A model generated the notes under the pieces. That model was not told where the DNA came from. It ran no database searches and saw only the letters and a list, made by a program, of their open reading frames with translations. Made by a program: the position numbers and the translations under genes. Shown one piece after another: positions 46,521 through 56,700 of a stretch of 64,000 nucleotides of DNA (position 1 is the first letter of the stretch; every line of letters starts with the position of its first letter). Origin of the DNA: an uncultured Chloroflexia bacterium (lineage in GTDB: Bacteria > Chloroflexota > Limnocylindria > QHBO01); the NCBI GenBank assembly GCA_963828485.1, contig CAWHEV010000010.1:771021-835020 (forward strand), in the 5' to 3' direction.

Positions 46521-47084
46521 ATGGGCCGATTGATCTACCTGATGAACGTGTCCCTCGACGGGTTCATCGAGACGGCTGATCACTCCCTCGACTGGGCGAG
46601 TGTCGACGACGAGCTCCACCAATGGTTCAACGACCACACACGAGGGCTCGACGCGACGATCTACGGGCGGCGCCTGTACGAGGGGATGTCCGCCCACTGG
46701 CCCACCGCGGATGCCGATCCGGCGGCCACCGATGTCATGCGCGAATTCGGGCGCATCTGGACCCCGATGCCCAAGGTCGTCTTCTCGAACAGCCTCGACC
46801 ACGTCGAGTACAACAGCCGGCTGGTTCGAGGCGACGTCCGTCCGGTCCTGGAGGACCTGCGGCGCGAGTTCCCCGGCGACATCGACGTCGCCGGGCCGGA
46901 CATCGCCGGCCAGTTCGTGCGTGCCGGCCTCGTCGACGAGTTCAGGCTCGTCGTCCATCCGGTGACGATCGCGGCCGGCACCCGATACTGGCCGATCCTC
47001 GAAGCGCCGTTGCCATTGCGTCTCACCGAGACGCGGACGTTCGGCTCGGGGGTCGTGATGCTGGCGTACGCGACCGTCACCTAG
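46521..47084 (+). CDS. dihydrofolate reductase-like (RibD C-terminal domain) family protein
   Basis: MGRLIYLMNVSLDGFIETAD..VAGPDIAGQFVRAGLVDEFRLVVHPVTIAAG. Confidence 0.8.
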   Translation: MGRLIYLMNVSLDGFIETADHSLDWASVDDELHQWFNDHTRGLDATIYGRRLYEGMSAHWPTADADPAATDVMREFGRIWTPMPKVVFSNSLDHVEYNSRLVRGDVRPVLEDLRREFPGDIDVAGPDIAGQFVRAGLVDEFRLVVHPVTIAAGTRYWPILEAPLPLRLTETRTFGSGVVMLAYATVT

Positions 47085-48589
47085 GCTTCCTCTTCGCTGA
47101 ACACGACCTCCCGCTGCCTGCGGATGGCCGGCAGGACCGCCACGATCAGCGCTCCGACAGCCATGGCGATCAGCACCGCCGAGATCGGCCTCGTGAGGAA
47201 GATCGAGAGGTCGCCGCGCGAGATGATGAGCGATCTGCGCAGGTGGTCCTCGAGGAGCGGCCCGAGCACGAAGCCGAGCAGGAGCGGCGCCGGCTCGCAC
47301 CCGAGCTTGATGAGCGCGTAGCCGAGGAGGCCGAAGAACGCGATCGCGAAGATGTGCCAGGGGTTGGAGCCGATCGCGAAGGTGCCGATCGCCGCGAACA
47401 CGATGATCGTCGGATACAGGTACCGGTACGGGATCATGAGCATCCGGACCCAGATGCCGATGAGCGGCAGGTTCAGCAGCACGAGCATGAGGTTGCCGAT
47501 CCACATCGACACGATCAGCCCCCAGAAGAGCTCGGGCTCGTCGTTGATCACGTTCGGGCCGGGGCTGATGCCGTGGATGATGATCGCGCCGACCATCAGC
47601 GCCATCACGGGGTGCGCGGGCAGGCCGAGCGTCAGGAGCGGGATGAAGGATGTCTGCGCGGCGGCGTTGTTTGCCGATTCGGGCGAGGCCACTCCCTCGA
47701 TCGCGCCGTGGCCGAACTCATCGGGGTTCCTGCTGAGCCGCTTCTCGATCGAGTAGGCGCTGAATGACGCGAGCACATGGCCCGCGCCCGGCAGGATTCC
47801 CAGGCCCGCGCCAAGCACCGTCCCGCGCGCAATGGGCGCCGCGATCCGCCGGAGGTCCTCTCGGGAGGGCCACAGGTTCGAGATCGCCTTGGTCACGACC
47901 TTTCGCGTCTTCTCGTCCTCGAGGTTCCGGAGGATCTCGGCGATGCCGAACATGCCGACGGCGACCGAGACGAAGTTGATGCCGTCGTACAGCTCGCGCA
48001 CGCCAAAGGTGAAGCGCGGCGTGAGGGTGAAGGTGTCGTAGCCGATGGTGCCGAAGAGCAGCCCGAGCACGATCATCGCCAGCGCCTTGACGGTCGAGCC
48101 GCTCGCCAGCGCGATCGACGCGATCAACCCGAGGACCACAAGGCTGAAGAACTCGGGCGAGCCGAACGTCAGCGCGATCCGGGCCAGCGGCGGCGCGAAT
48201 AGGACGATGACGAGCGTCCCGACGGTGCCGGCGATGAAGGAGCCGATGGCTGCGGTGGCCAACGCCGGCCCGGCCCGGCCCTTGCGCGCCATCTGGTGTC
48301 CGTCGATGGCGGTGACGGCGGCGGACGACTCGCCGGGCAGGTTGATGAGGATCGCGGTGGTCGATCCACCGTATTGAGCGCCGTAGTAGATGCCGGCCAG
48401 CATGATCAGCGCCGTCACCGGCTCGAGTCCGAACGTGATCGGCATGAGGAGCGCAATCGTCGCCGTCGGTCCGATGCCGGGCAGCACCCCGACCGCCGTC
48501 CCGAGTACGACGCCGATGAAGCAGTAGAGCAGGTTCTCCGGGCTCAGGGCCGTTTGCAGCCCGAGCGCGAGGTTCTCGAACAGCTCCAT
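47081..48589 (-). CDS. tctA: tripartite tricarboxylate transporter permease TctA
   Basis: MELFENLALGLQTALSPENLLYCFIGVVLGTAVGVLPGIGP. 502 aa. Confidence 0.85.
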   Translation of the reverse strand: MELFENLALGLQTALSPENLLYCFIGVVLGTAVGVLPGIGPTATIALLMPITFGLEPVTALIMLAGIYYGAQYGGSTTAILINLPGESSAAVTAIDGHQMARKGRAGPALATAAIGSFIAGTVGTLVIVLFAPPLARIALTFGSPEFFSLVVLGLIASIALASGSTVKALAMIVLGLLFGTIGYDTFTLTPRFTFGVRELYDGINFVSVAVGMFGIAEILRNLEDEKTRKVVTKAISNLWPSREDLRRIAAPIARGTVLGAGLGILPGAGHVLASFSAYSIEKRLSRNPDEFGHGAIEGVASPESANNAAAQTSFIPLLTLGLPAHPVMALMVGAIIIHGISPGPNVINDEPELFWGLIVSMWIGNLMLVLLNLPLIGIWVRMLMIPYRYLYPTIIVFAAIGTFAIGSNPWHIFAIAFFGLLGYALIKLGCEPAPLLLGFVLGPLLEDHLRRSLIISRGDLSIFLTRPISAVLIAMAVGALIVAVLPAIRRQREVVFSEEEA

Positions 48590-48598
48590 CTCCGCTCC

Positions 48599-49063
48599 TC
48601 AGACCGGGATCCACGGGCCGACGAGCGGCAGCCGCAGCTGAAGGGCGATGATGAAGATGACGACCGAGAGGGCCGTCAGGGCGACGGCGGTGATGACGGC
48701 GTCGCGGACGGTCGTCCGCGAACGGGCAAGGGCGGCGAGCAGCGCAGTCCCGAACAGCGCGCCGACGACGCCGAGGCCGCGAACCGTGATGCCGAAGAAC
48801 AGGAGCGACGCGGTGACGAGGATCACGGCACGCCAGTCCACGTCGCCGATGGGCTCGCCCTCACCGGCGATGAATCCCTTGACGACGATGAGTACGCCCA
48901 GGCCGGCGAGCAGCATCCCGAGCGCCAGCGGCACGTAGCCCGGGCCCATGTTCAGCGGCGAGCCGATCTTGTACGCCAGCGATCCGATGGCGAAGGCGAG
49001 ACCGAACGCGATGAAGATCCCCCCGGCGAGGATGTCCTTGAGCGCGCGACGGACTGCCGGCAC
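48599..49063 (-). CDS. tctB: tripartite tricarboxylate transporter TctB small membrane subunit
   Basis: 154 aa, 4 TM, between tctC and tctA. Confidence 0.7.
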   Translation of the reverse strand: MPAVRRALKDILAGGIFIAFGLAFAIGSLAYKIGSPLNMGPGYVPLALGMLLAGLGVLIVVKGFIAGEGEPIGDVDWRAVILVTASLLFFGITVRGLGVVGALFGTALLAALARSRTTVRDAVITAVALTALSVVIFIIALQLRLPLVGPWIPV

Positions 49064-49126
49064 CGCTTCCTCCTCCTGATAGGCAGATGGGGCGGCGTGG
49101 CCGCCGCCCCATCCCGACTGCTTGGG

Positions 49127-50152
49127 TTAGCCCGCGGTCACACCTGCCTCTTCGATGATCGGCCGCCAGAGCTCGATCTGCGACTCCAGCTGCTCGGTGT
49201 GCGCCGCCGGGGTCGCGCGATCCTCCGGTACGGGCGCCGTCCCGAGCTCGCCGAGCCGCGTAACGACGGTCTCGTCCTGGAGCGCGACCAGGAGCGCCGC
49301 ATTGAGCGCATCGACGATCTCCTGCGGCGTCTCAGCTGGCACGTACAGGCCATGCCAGACGCTCACCTGGAGATCGGTCAGGCCGACCTCCTCGGTCGTG
49401 GGGACGTCCGGCAGGGACTCGACACGCTCCGGCGTCGTGACGGCGTAGGCCTTCACATCGCCGGCGAGGATCGGCTCGGACGTGTTCGTGGTCTGGTCGC
49501 ACATGAAGTCGACCTGGTCGCCGAGGAGGTCGTCCATGGCCGGACCGGTCCCGTCGTACGGAACCTCGGTCAGGTCGAGCCCGGTGGCCGTCTCGAACAG
49601 CAGGCCGCACAGCTGCGACGCGGCGCCGATGCCGGCGTTCGCGTACGTCACCGTGTCGAGGTTGTCTCCGACGTAGGCGATCAGCTCCTCCATCGTGTTC
49701 GGCTCGAAGTTCGGGCTGCCGATGATGGTCATCGGCACCTCCGTCACCAGGCCGATCGTCGCGAAATCGGTGAGTGGGTCGTACGAAAGCTCGGGGTACA
49801 GCGTCGGCGCGGTCGACATGCCGATGTGGTGCATGAGCACGGTGTAGCCGTCCGGCTCGGCGTTGGCGACCTGGTCCGCTGCCACGGTCCCACCGGCGCC
49901 CTCGACGTTCTGGACCACGATCTCGACGCCGAGCTCTGCCGCCATCGGCTCAGCGATGAGCCTCGTGACGGTGTCCGTTGGCCCGCCGGCCGCGAAGGGC
50001 ACCACGACAGTGATGTCGCTCTCGGGGTAGCTGCCCGCATCCCCGCCGCTGGCCCCATCGCCTCCCTGGCAGGCAGCCAGGAGCAGGGCAAGGGCCGCCA
50101 GCGATGCGGCGATCCGGCCGCCCACGGCGTGGGCGGCGCGTGCGTCGTGCAT
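49127..50152 (-). CDS. tctC: tripartite tricarboxylate transporter substrate-binding lipoprotein TctC (Bug family)
   Basis: Lipobox LLLAAC. YPESDITVVVPFAAGGPTDTVTRL..NVEGAGGTVAADQV. GGAGGAAG SD before ATG 50152. Confidence 0.8.
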   Translation of the reverse strand: MHDARAAHAVGGRIAASLAALALLLAACQGGDGASGGDAGSYPESDITVVVPFAAGGPTDTVTRLIAEPMAAELGVEIVVQNVEGAGGTVAADQVANAEPDGYTVLMHHIGMSTAPTLYPELSYDPLTDFATIGLVTEVPMTIIGSPNFEPNTMEELIAYVGDNLDTVTYANAGIGAASQLCGLLFETATGLDLTEVPYDGTGPAMDDLLGDQVDFMCDQTTNTSEPILAGDVKAYAVTTPERVESLPDVPTTEEVGLTDLQVSVWHGLYVPAETPQEIVDALNAALLVALQDETVVTRLGELGTAPVPEDRATPAAHTEQLESQIELWRPIIEEAGVTAG

Positions 50153-50290
50153 GGTGTCTTCCTCCAGTTGTCGACACGAGGCTCGGGCGCCCTGCAACCT
50201 AGCAGCCCGCGTGCCGCGCTGGAGTGGTCCACTTCGCGGCCCTCGCCTGTTCATCCTCGGAAGGTGGCCTTCGGCAAGGTCCGGGCGATT

Positions 50291-50440
50291 TCTTCGCGAG
50301 GTGACCGTTACGGGCCGAGACAGCTAGCGAACCGTCTGTCTCTTCACCACGTGACCGTTTTGGACCGATGCACCAATCGAATCGTCCGAGTGTTCACCGG
50401 GTGAACGTCACGGCGCGGAATTGACGGTTGGGGGCGCGGA
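50291..50440 (+). repeat. approximately 2.5 copies of a ~50-bp imperfect tandem repeat in the tctC-upstream / VOC-divergent intergenic region
   Basis: tcttcgcgagGTGACCGTTacGGgCCGAga.. / tcttcaccacGTGACCGTTttGGaCCGAtg.. / tgttcaccggGTGAACGTCacGGcgcgg. Copies 1 and 2 are 35/50 identical. Exact 50-bp phasing of the GTGAMCGT cores. Confidence 0.5.
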
Positions 50441-50536
50441 CTGCTCATAGCCTTCACCTGATGAAGATCCGGGCCGGTGGCGAGCCACACAGGTTCTTGA
50501 CCAACCGTGGCACGAACTCGGACTACCCTCTCCGTC

Positions 50537-50950
50537 ATGAACTACCGAATCGAGGCCATCACCCTTCCCGTCAGCGATGTCGATCGCGCCAAGGCGTTCT
50601 ACGAACAGGCCGGCTGGAATCTCGACGTCGACACCGAGCCGACTCCTGGCATGCGCGTCGTGCAGCTGACGCCGCCCGGATCCGACTGCTCGATCACCTT
50701 CGGCATCGGCATGCCGCAGTCGGAGCCCGGGTCGTACCGCAACACGTACCTGGTCGTCGCTGACATCGAACCGGCCCATGCTGAGCTCGTCGAGCGCGGC
50801 ATCCCGATCAGCGAGATCTTCCACTTCGGCGCCGAGGGCCAGATGTCAGGCCCGGATCCGAACCGCGGAGACTACGGCTCGTACGCGACCTTCGAGGATC
50901 CTGACGGCAACACCTGGCTTCTCCAGGAAGTTCCGAGTCGCGCCGCCTGA
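50537..50950 (+). CDS. VOC (glyoxalase) family protein
   Basis: MNYRIEAITLPVSDVDRAKAFYEQAGWNLDVD..DPDGNTWLLQE. Confidence 0.8.
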   Translation: MNYRIEAITLPVSDVDRAKAFYEQAGWNLDVDTEPTPGMRVVQLTPPGSDCSITFGIGMPQSEPGSYRNTYLVVADIEPAHAELVERGIPISEIFHFGAEGQMSGPDPNRGDYGSYATFEDPDGNTWLLQEVPSRAA

Positions 50951-51134
50951 TCCGGGAGTCTTCATCACGGGTCGACAAACGATGGTCGGCTACTGGGTCA
51001 TCGACGTGACCGTGACGAGCGATGACCTCACCGATCGCATCCGCTTCGGGCTCGAGCTCTGATCTCGCGCCGATGAGTTTCGACGCCGGAGGCGGTCCCA
51101 GCAGGCGACGGACTGCCGTGATGAGGAGTCGAGG

Positions 51135-51518
51135 ATGGAGAGCTGGCCCGGAGGCATCGGAGCCATCACCCTGTTCGTGGAGGATGTCGAGGCCGCGAAG
51201 CGGTTCTACCGGGACACCTTCGGGTTGCCGATCCACTACGAGGATCACGCGTCGGCCGTCTTCAGGTTCGGGAGCACGCTCGTCAACCTCCTGGCAGAGA
51301 CCGAAGCCCCGGAGCTCATCGCGCCCGCGGCGGTCGCGCCCGCCGATGCCGGCGCGCGCATGCAGCTCACCATCGCGGTGGACGATGTCGATGCCGTCTG
51401 CGCAGAGCTGAGCAGGCGCGGCGTGGAGCTCCTCAACGGACCGATCGATCGGCCCTGGGGCGTCAGGACGGCGGCGTTCCGCGATCCGGCCGGCCACATC
51501 TGGGAGATCGCGAAGTAG
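51135..51518 (+). CDS. VOC (glyoxalase) family protein
   Basis: IGAITLFVEDVEAAKRFYRDTFGL..DPAGHIWEI. Confidence 0.8.
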   Translation: MESWPGGIGAITLFVEDVEAAKRFYRDTFGLPIHYEDHASAVFRFGSTLVNLLAETEAPELIAPAAVAPADAGARMQLTIAVDDVDAVCAELSRRGVELLNGPIDRPWGVRTAAFRDPAGHIWEIAK

Positions 51519-51639
51519 AGCGATCTGGCAAGCGGCACGCGTGCCATGCCGTCGATGCGGTCACATTCGCGTGGGTGCCCACGTGTTGTGTGGGACAGGC
51601 GCCACTCAGCCAGTCCCCTTTCGGAGGCTCCCAACATCC

Positions 51640-52059
51640 ATGTCACACGCTCATCCGCCCACACGCGGCGGAGAGGTGACGCGCGCGATCGCTCGTGTCA
51701 CCGCTCCACTGGGTCGTCCTCTGGCCGGACGGCGCTTCTTCCCCCTCTGGGCCGTGGTTCACCACCGCGGCCGCCGCACCGGAAGCCGGTACGAGGTCCC
51801 CGTCGCCATTCGAGTCTCCGACGAGGCATTCGTCGTCCCGCTGCCGTGGGGTGACCGCACGCAATGGCTCCGCAACGTCGTCTCGGCGGGCGGGTGCTCC
51901 ATCCGGTGGCGCGGGGTCGACCACCACGTCACGGATCCGCGGATCATCGGGCTGCCCGAGGCCGGTCCGGCGTTCAGCCCGGTCCAGCGCTGGGCGCTTC
52001 GAAACGCCGGCGTTTCCAGCTTCCTGCACCTCACCCGCGGCCCTGATGGCCGTGCCTGA
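51640..52059 (+). CDS. deazaflavin (F420)-dependent nitroreductase-family protein (DDN-like)
   Basis: FFPLWAVVHHRGRRTGSRYEVPVAIRVSDEAFVVPLPWGDRTQWLRNVVSAGGCSIRWRGV. Confidence 0.7.
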   Translation: MSHAHPPTRGGEVTRAIARVTAPLGRPLAGRRFFPLWAVVHHRGRRTGSRYEVPVAIRVSDEAFVVPLPWGDRTQWLRNVVSAGGCSIRWRGVDHHVTDPRIIGLPEAGPAFSPVQRWALRNAGVSSFLHLTRGPDGRA

Positions 52060-52098
52060 CATCTCCGGCGGTTGAGCCTCGGCGGCTAGAGTTGACCG

Positions 52099-52452
52099 AT
52101 GCTGACCATCGGCTCCATCGTCATCCGCGTCGACGACATCGAGCGTCAGAAGGCGTTCTGGACCGCGGCGCTCGGCTATGTCGCTCGCGACGGCGACGAC
52201 GAAGGTTTCGCGCTGCTCCACCCGCCGGATCGCGTCGGCCCGAACGTCTCGCTCGATCGGGTCCGCTCGACGCTCCAGATCCCGCCGCGCATCCATCTGG
52301 ATCTCTATGCGAAGGACCAGGCGGCGGAGGTCGAGCGCCTCATCGGCCTCGGCGCTACCGAGGTGCACTGGGACAAGCGTCCGGCGGATGCCGACTACGT
52401 CATCCTCGCCGACCCCGAGGGCAACAGGTTCTGCGTGATCGACGCCGGATGA
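52099..52452 (+). CDS. VOC (glyoxalase-like) family protein
   Basis: MLTIGSIVIRVDDIERQKAFWTAALGY..DPEGNRFCVID. Confidence 0.8.
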   Translation: MLTIGSIVIRVDDIERQKAFWTAALGYVARDGDDEGFALLHPPDRVGPNVSLDRVRSTLQIPPRIHLDLYAKDQAAEVERLIGLGATEVHWDKRPADADYVILADPEGNRFCVIDAG

Positions 52453-52461
52453 CGGCCGCGG

Positions 52462-53133
52462 CTAGAGCTCGGCGCGCTTCCCGAAGAGCGTGAGCCCGAC
52501 GACCCGCGAGATGACGAGGGCGACGTACATGAGCCCGGCGACCTGCTCGATCATGACCACGGCCCTCGCCTGGGGCGTGATCGGGATGACGTCGGAGAGG
52601 CCCGTGCTCGTGAGCGTCGTGAACGAGAGGAAGAGCAGCTCCATCCAGCTGCGGGGCTCGTTCGGTGCCACGGCCGCGGTAAATGATCCGGGCCAGATGA
52701 TCTGGACGGCGGCGAACACGTAGGCGAACGCCCAGGCAACCACCGTGAAGGTCGCGCCCACCGCGAAGAGCTCGTCGGTCGTGACCTCGCGGTCCTTGAA
52801 CAGGTATCGAAGCAGGCCGTAACTCGTATAGAAGTAGAAGGCGGCGTGGAGGATCGCCGACCACAGCGCGATGGTCGCGTTCTCCGGCCGGAATGCCTCG
52901 AGGAGCGTGAGCGCGAAGACCGGGACGCCGAGCAGCAGGGCGACCCAGGTCCATGCCGGCGTCGTCCGGATGGCGCGGACGGCGAGGACGAGCACCACCA
53001 GCGTGAAGATCGAGAGGAGGCCCTGGCCGATGGGCGAGTCGCCCATGAAGGGGTACAGGAGCACTCCGAGCAGCTGGGCAGCCAGGAGCACCGCTGACGG
53101 TCGCGCCCAGATCGATTGGAACCACGCTGACAC
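52462..53133 (-). CDS. ion-channel (Ion_trans_2 / K+-channel-like) family protein with degenerate selectivity filter
   Basis: Pore region FLSFTTLTSTGLSDVIP, where the canonical filter would read TTVGYGD. Flanked by TM helices. Confidence 0.6.
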   Translation of the reverse strand: MSAWFQSIWARPSAVLLAAQLLGVLLYPFMGDSPIGQGLLSIFTLVVLVLAVRAIRTTPAWTWVALLLGVPVFALTLLEAFRPENATIALWSAILHAAFYFYTSYGLLRYLFKDREVTTDELFAVGATFTVVAWAFAYVFAAVQIIWPGSFTAAVAPNEPRSWMELLFLSFTTLTSTGLSDVIPITPQARAVVMIEQVAGLMYVALVISRVVGLTLFGKRAEL

Positions 53134-53213
53134 GGATCCACTCTACCGGCGTCGGATTGAGCTGAACGCCAACCGCCGACTGCCCGAAGGTCCTGCTTGC
53201 CTCGCGCGGACGC

Positions 53214-53239
53214 ATCGGTAATACTTCGGTGTAACCGAT
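53214..53239. promoter_or_regulatory. imperfect 10-bp inverted repeat upstream of marR (candidate MarR operator)
   Basis: ATCGGTAATAC-ttcg-GTGTAACCGAT, about 60 nt before marR ATG 53298. Confidence 0.35.
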
Positions 53240-53297
53240 CTATACGGATGGAACGAAGATTTCTGCCACGACCCGGGCGGAGGCGATCGAAAGCGCC

Positions 53298-53717
53298 ATG
53301 GAGGCGTTCGAGCGCTTCCACGAACGCCTCTTTGCCCTGAACACTCCCGACGTCCTGGATGTCAACCTGACGCTTGCCCAGCTGAAGGCGACCTACGTGA
53401 TCGCGTTCGCGGGCCCCCTCACCATGGGGGCGCTCTCGGAGCGCCTCGGCACGGCGTTGTCGACGACCAGCGAGGCCGTCGACCGCCTGGTCCGCCGAGG
53501 CTTCCTCGAGCGGCGCGACGACCCGTCGGATCGGCGACAGGTGCTCGTGGAGGCCACGGCCGCCGCGCGCGAGCAGATCGAGCACATGTCCGAGCTCAAC
53601 CGCACGCGCCACCGCCAGATGCTCGAACGGCTCGATCCCGCGGACGTCACGACAGTTGAACGCGCCATCAGGGTCATGACCGCCGCGATGGCCGACCTGA
53701 ACGAGGAGACCCGATGA
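53298..53717 (+). CDS. MarR family transcriptional regulator
   Basis: VNLTLAQLKATYVIAFAGPLTMGALSERLGTALSTTSEAVDRLVRRGFLERRDDPSDRRQVLV. Confidence 0.85.
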   Translation: MEAFERFHERLFALNTPDVLDVNLTLAQLKATYVIAFAGPLTMGALSERLGTALSTTSEAVDRLVRRGFLERRDDPSDRRQVLVEATAAAREQIEHMSELNRTRHRQMLERLDPADVTTVERAIRVMTAAMADLNEETR

Positions 53718-56700
53718 CCTGGCTCACCCGCGCAGCCGTCAACAGGCGGAGCGTCACCATCCTGATCGCCGCGGGGCTCTTCCTCGGTGGCCTGCTCTCG
53801 TGGGGGAGCCTCAAGCAGGAGCTGCTGCCGCCGATCTCGTTCCCGATCGCGACGGTCATCGCTCCCTATCCAGGGGCCGCCGCCGAGGAGGTCGTCGAGG
53901 ACGTCGTCATCCCCATTGAGAACGCGGTGCAGGCGCTCGAGGGGGTCGACGCGGTGAACTCCACCTCCGCGAACAGCATCGGCTTCGTCATCGCCCAGTT
54001 CGACTACGGAGTCGACGTGGACGAGGCCGTCGCCGACCTGGAGCAGGCGGTAGCCGGACTGACACTGCCCGATGGCGTCGATCCGGTCGTTACGCCCTTC
54101 GATTTCAACCAGTCGCCGGTTGTCATCGCCGCGATCTCCTCGCCGACCGCTTCGCTCACCGAGCTCGGCGCCATCGCGTCCGACGAGATCCTGCCCGAGC
54201 TGCTCGCGATCCCCGGCGTCGCCACCGCCGAGGTCACCGGTGGGCTGACCGAGCAGGTCGCCATCACCCTCGATCCGGTGGCCGTCGCGCAGTACGGCAT
54301 CAATCCGCAACAGCTCCAGGCCGCTCTGGCGACCGCCAACATCACCGTGCCGGCCGGTGAGCTGACGACCGACGAGGGTGCGCTGCCGGTCACGGTGCGG
54401 GCCCAGGTCGAGTCGGTCGAGGCGCTGAACGATCTCGTGGTCGGTGCCGACCCGTCGAGCGGCGCCCCCGTGCCCGTGACCCTTGGACAGGTCGCGGAGA
54501 TCGAGGTCGTCGAGGTCGCCAGCTCGGGCTACGGGCGAATCAACGGCAGCGAGGCGCTCGGCCTGACGGTCACCAAGACCCAGACGGCGAACACGGTCGA
54601 CGTCTCCGAGGCGGTCGACGAGGTCCTCGACGATATCGTCGAGGACAGCACCGCGGATCTCGAGATCACCCGGGTGTCCGACCAGTCGGACTTCATCATC
54701 GAGTCGCGGGATGGGCTGCTCCGCGAGGGCGGGCTCGGCGCGATCTTCGCGGTGCTGACGATCTTCTTCTTCCTGTTCAGCCTGCGATCCACGTTCGTCG
54801 CCGCTCTCAGCATCCCCCTCTCGCTGCTGGTGGCGCTCATCACCATGCAGGTCACCGGCATCACGATCAACATCATGACGCTCGGTGGCCTTGCGGTGGC
54901 CGTTGGCCGCGTCGTGGACGACTCGATCGTCGTCCTCGAGAACATCTACCGGCATCGGGCTATGGGCGACAACCGGCGCGACGCCGCGATCCGCGGGGCA
55001 TCCGAGGTCTCGGGCGCGATCACCTGGAGCACGCTCACGACGGTGGCCGTGTTCCTGCCGCTCGGCCTCGCCGGCGGCTTCGTGAGCCAGTTCTTCCTAC
55101 CCTTCGCGCTGACCGTCACCTTCGCGCTCCTCGCGTCCCTCGTCGTCGCCCTCACGCTGGTTCCTGTGCTCGGCTACCTCTGGGTCGGCAAGCCCAAGGG
55201 CGACATCGACGCCTCCGGCGAGCCACGACGCTCGATCTGGGTCCGGCTCTACGACCCAACGATCCGCTGGGTGGTCAGCAGGCGCTGGCATGCCGCCGCC
55301 GTCATCGGGATCTCGTTCGCCCTCTTCGTCGGCTCGCTGTTCCTCGTCCCGCTGATCCCGGTCCAGTTCATCAACTCGGGGGGCGAGAACCTCCTGAGGG
55401 CCAGCCTCGCTCCCCCGCCCGGCCTGAGCTCCGAGGCCGTCCTCGAGCGGGTGATCGAGGCTGAGGAGATTCTCCTCGCCGACGATGAGGTCCAGCTCGT
55501 CCAATCGACCGTGCCGCCCGAGGGCGACACCGGCTTTGGCACGCTCATCGCGGCCACGTCGGGTCAACCGGCCAACTCGGCTCAGATGTTCATCCGCCTC
55601 GTCCCGGAGGCGAACCTCGAGGCGGCCACGATTCGGCTGGACGAGGCGCTCAGCGTGCTCGACACCGACGGCTGGGATGCCGTGATTCAGCAGACAACCG
55701 GCCCCGGTGCCGGGACGGCGACCTCGCTCGTGGTCAGCGGCCCCGACGGCGACAGCGTCGAGGAGGCTGCCCTCATCATCGTGGACGCGCTCGAACCGAT
55801 GGACGGCCTCTCGAACGTCACCAGCGATCTCGTCGCCGAGGCGAGACAGGTCATCGTCCTGGTCGACCCGACCAGGGCCGCGGCCGTCGGCGTGACCGCC
55901 CCGCAGGTCGCGGGAGTCGTCGGTGGCGTGCTGTCGCCGACCGAGGTCGGGACCATCGCTCCAACCGACGCGGATGAGCCGCTCGCCATGATCATCAGCT
56001 TCCCGGCCGAGACGGCTACGTCGGTCGACGACCTGAGCGCCCTGCCGGTCGGGCCGGGCGTCACGGTCGGCGACGTCGCCGAGGTGGAGGAGGTCGAGGC
56101 GCGACCCACGATCGCTCGGGTCGACGGCGCGCCGTCGGTGACCATCACGGCCGACATCACCGACGAGAACACGGGCGCCGTGTCGACCGCCATCGCCGCC
56201 GAAGTCGCGCGGCTCGATGATGCGGGCGAGCTTCCCGCCGGGACGGACGTCCAGGTCGGCGGTGTGAGCGAGCAGCTGGCCGAGTCCTTCGGCGGGCTCT
56301 TTGCGGCCATGGGCATCGCGGTCATCCTCGTCTTCCTGATGCTCGTCCTGGCGTTCAACTCCCTGATCACGCCGTTCGTGATCCTCTTCAGCCTGCCCCT
56401 GGCGACCATCGGCGCCTTTCCCGCGCTTCTCATCACCGGACGCCCGATCGGCATCAGCGCCCTCATCGGCTTCCTGATGCTCATCGGCATCGTCGTGACG
56501 AACGCGATCGTGCTGCTCGACCTCGTCGAACGGCTCCGCAGCCAGGGCGTGCCGCTGCGTCAGGCGATCGTTCGCGGCGGCCACACCCGCGTGCGGCCGA
56601 TTCTCATGACCGCGATCGCCACGATCTTCGCCCTCATCCCGCTCGCCGCGGGCCTCAACGAGGGCTCCATCATCGCCGCCGAGCTCGGCACGGTCGTCGT

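Noticed and set aside
48296-50404. 702-aa plus-strand ORF spanning the tctB/tctC region
   Set aside because: Antisense to the complete tctCBA operon. Extreme Arg/Asp/Gly/Glu content. No SD.
50291-50440. Possibility that the 50-bp repeats are a CRISPR array
   Set aside because: Only about 2.5 imperfect copies. There is no alternation of conserved repeats with unique spacers and no cas genes anywhere in the window.
50960-51062. 26-codon ORF MVGYWVIDVTVTSDDLTDRIRFGLEL between two VOC genes
   Set aside because: No SD, very short, and embedded in a plus-strand spurious frame. Possibly a relic, but the evidence is insufficient.
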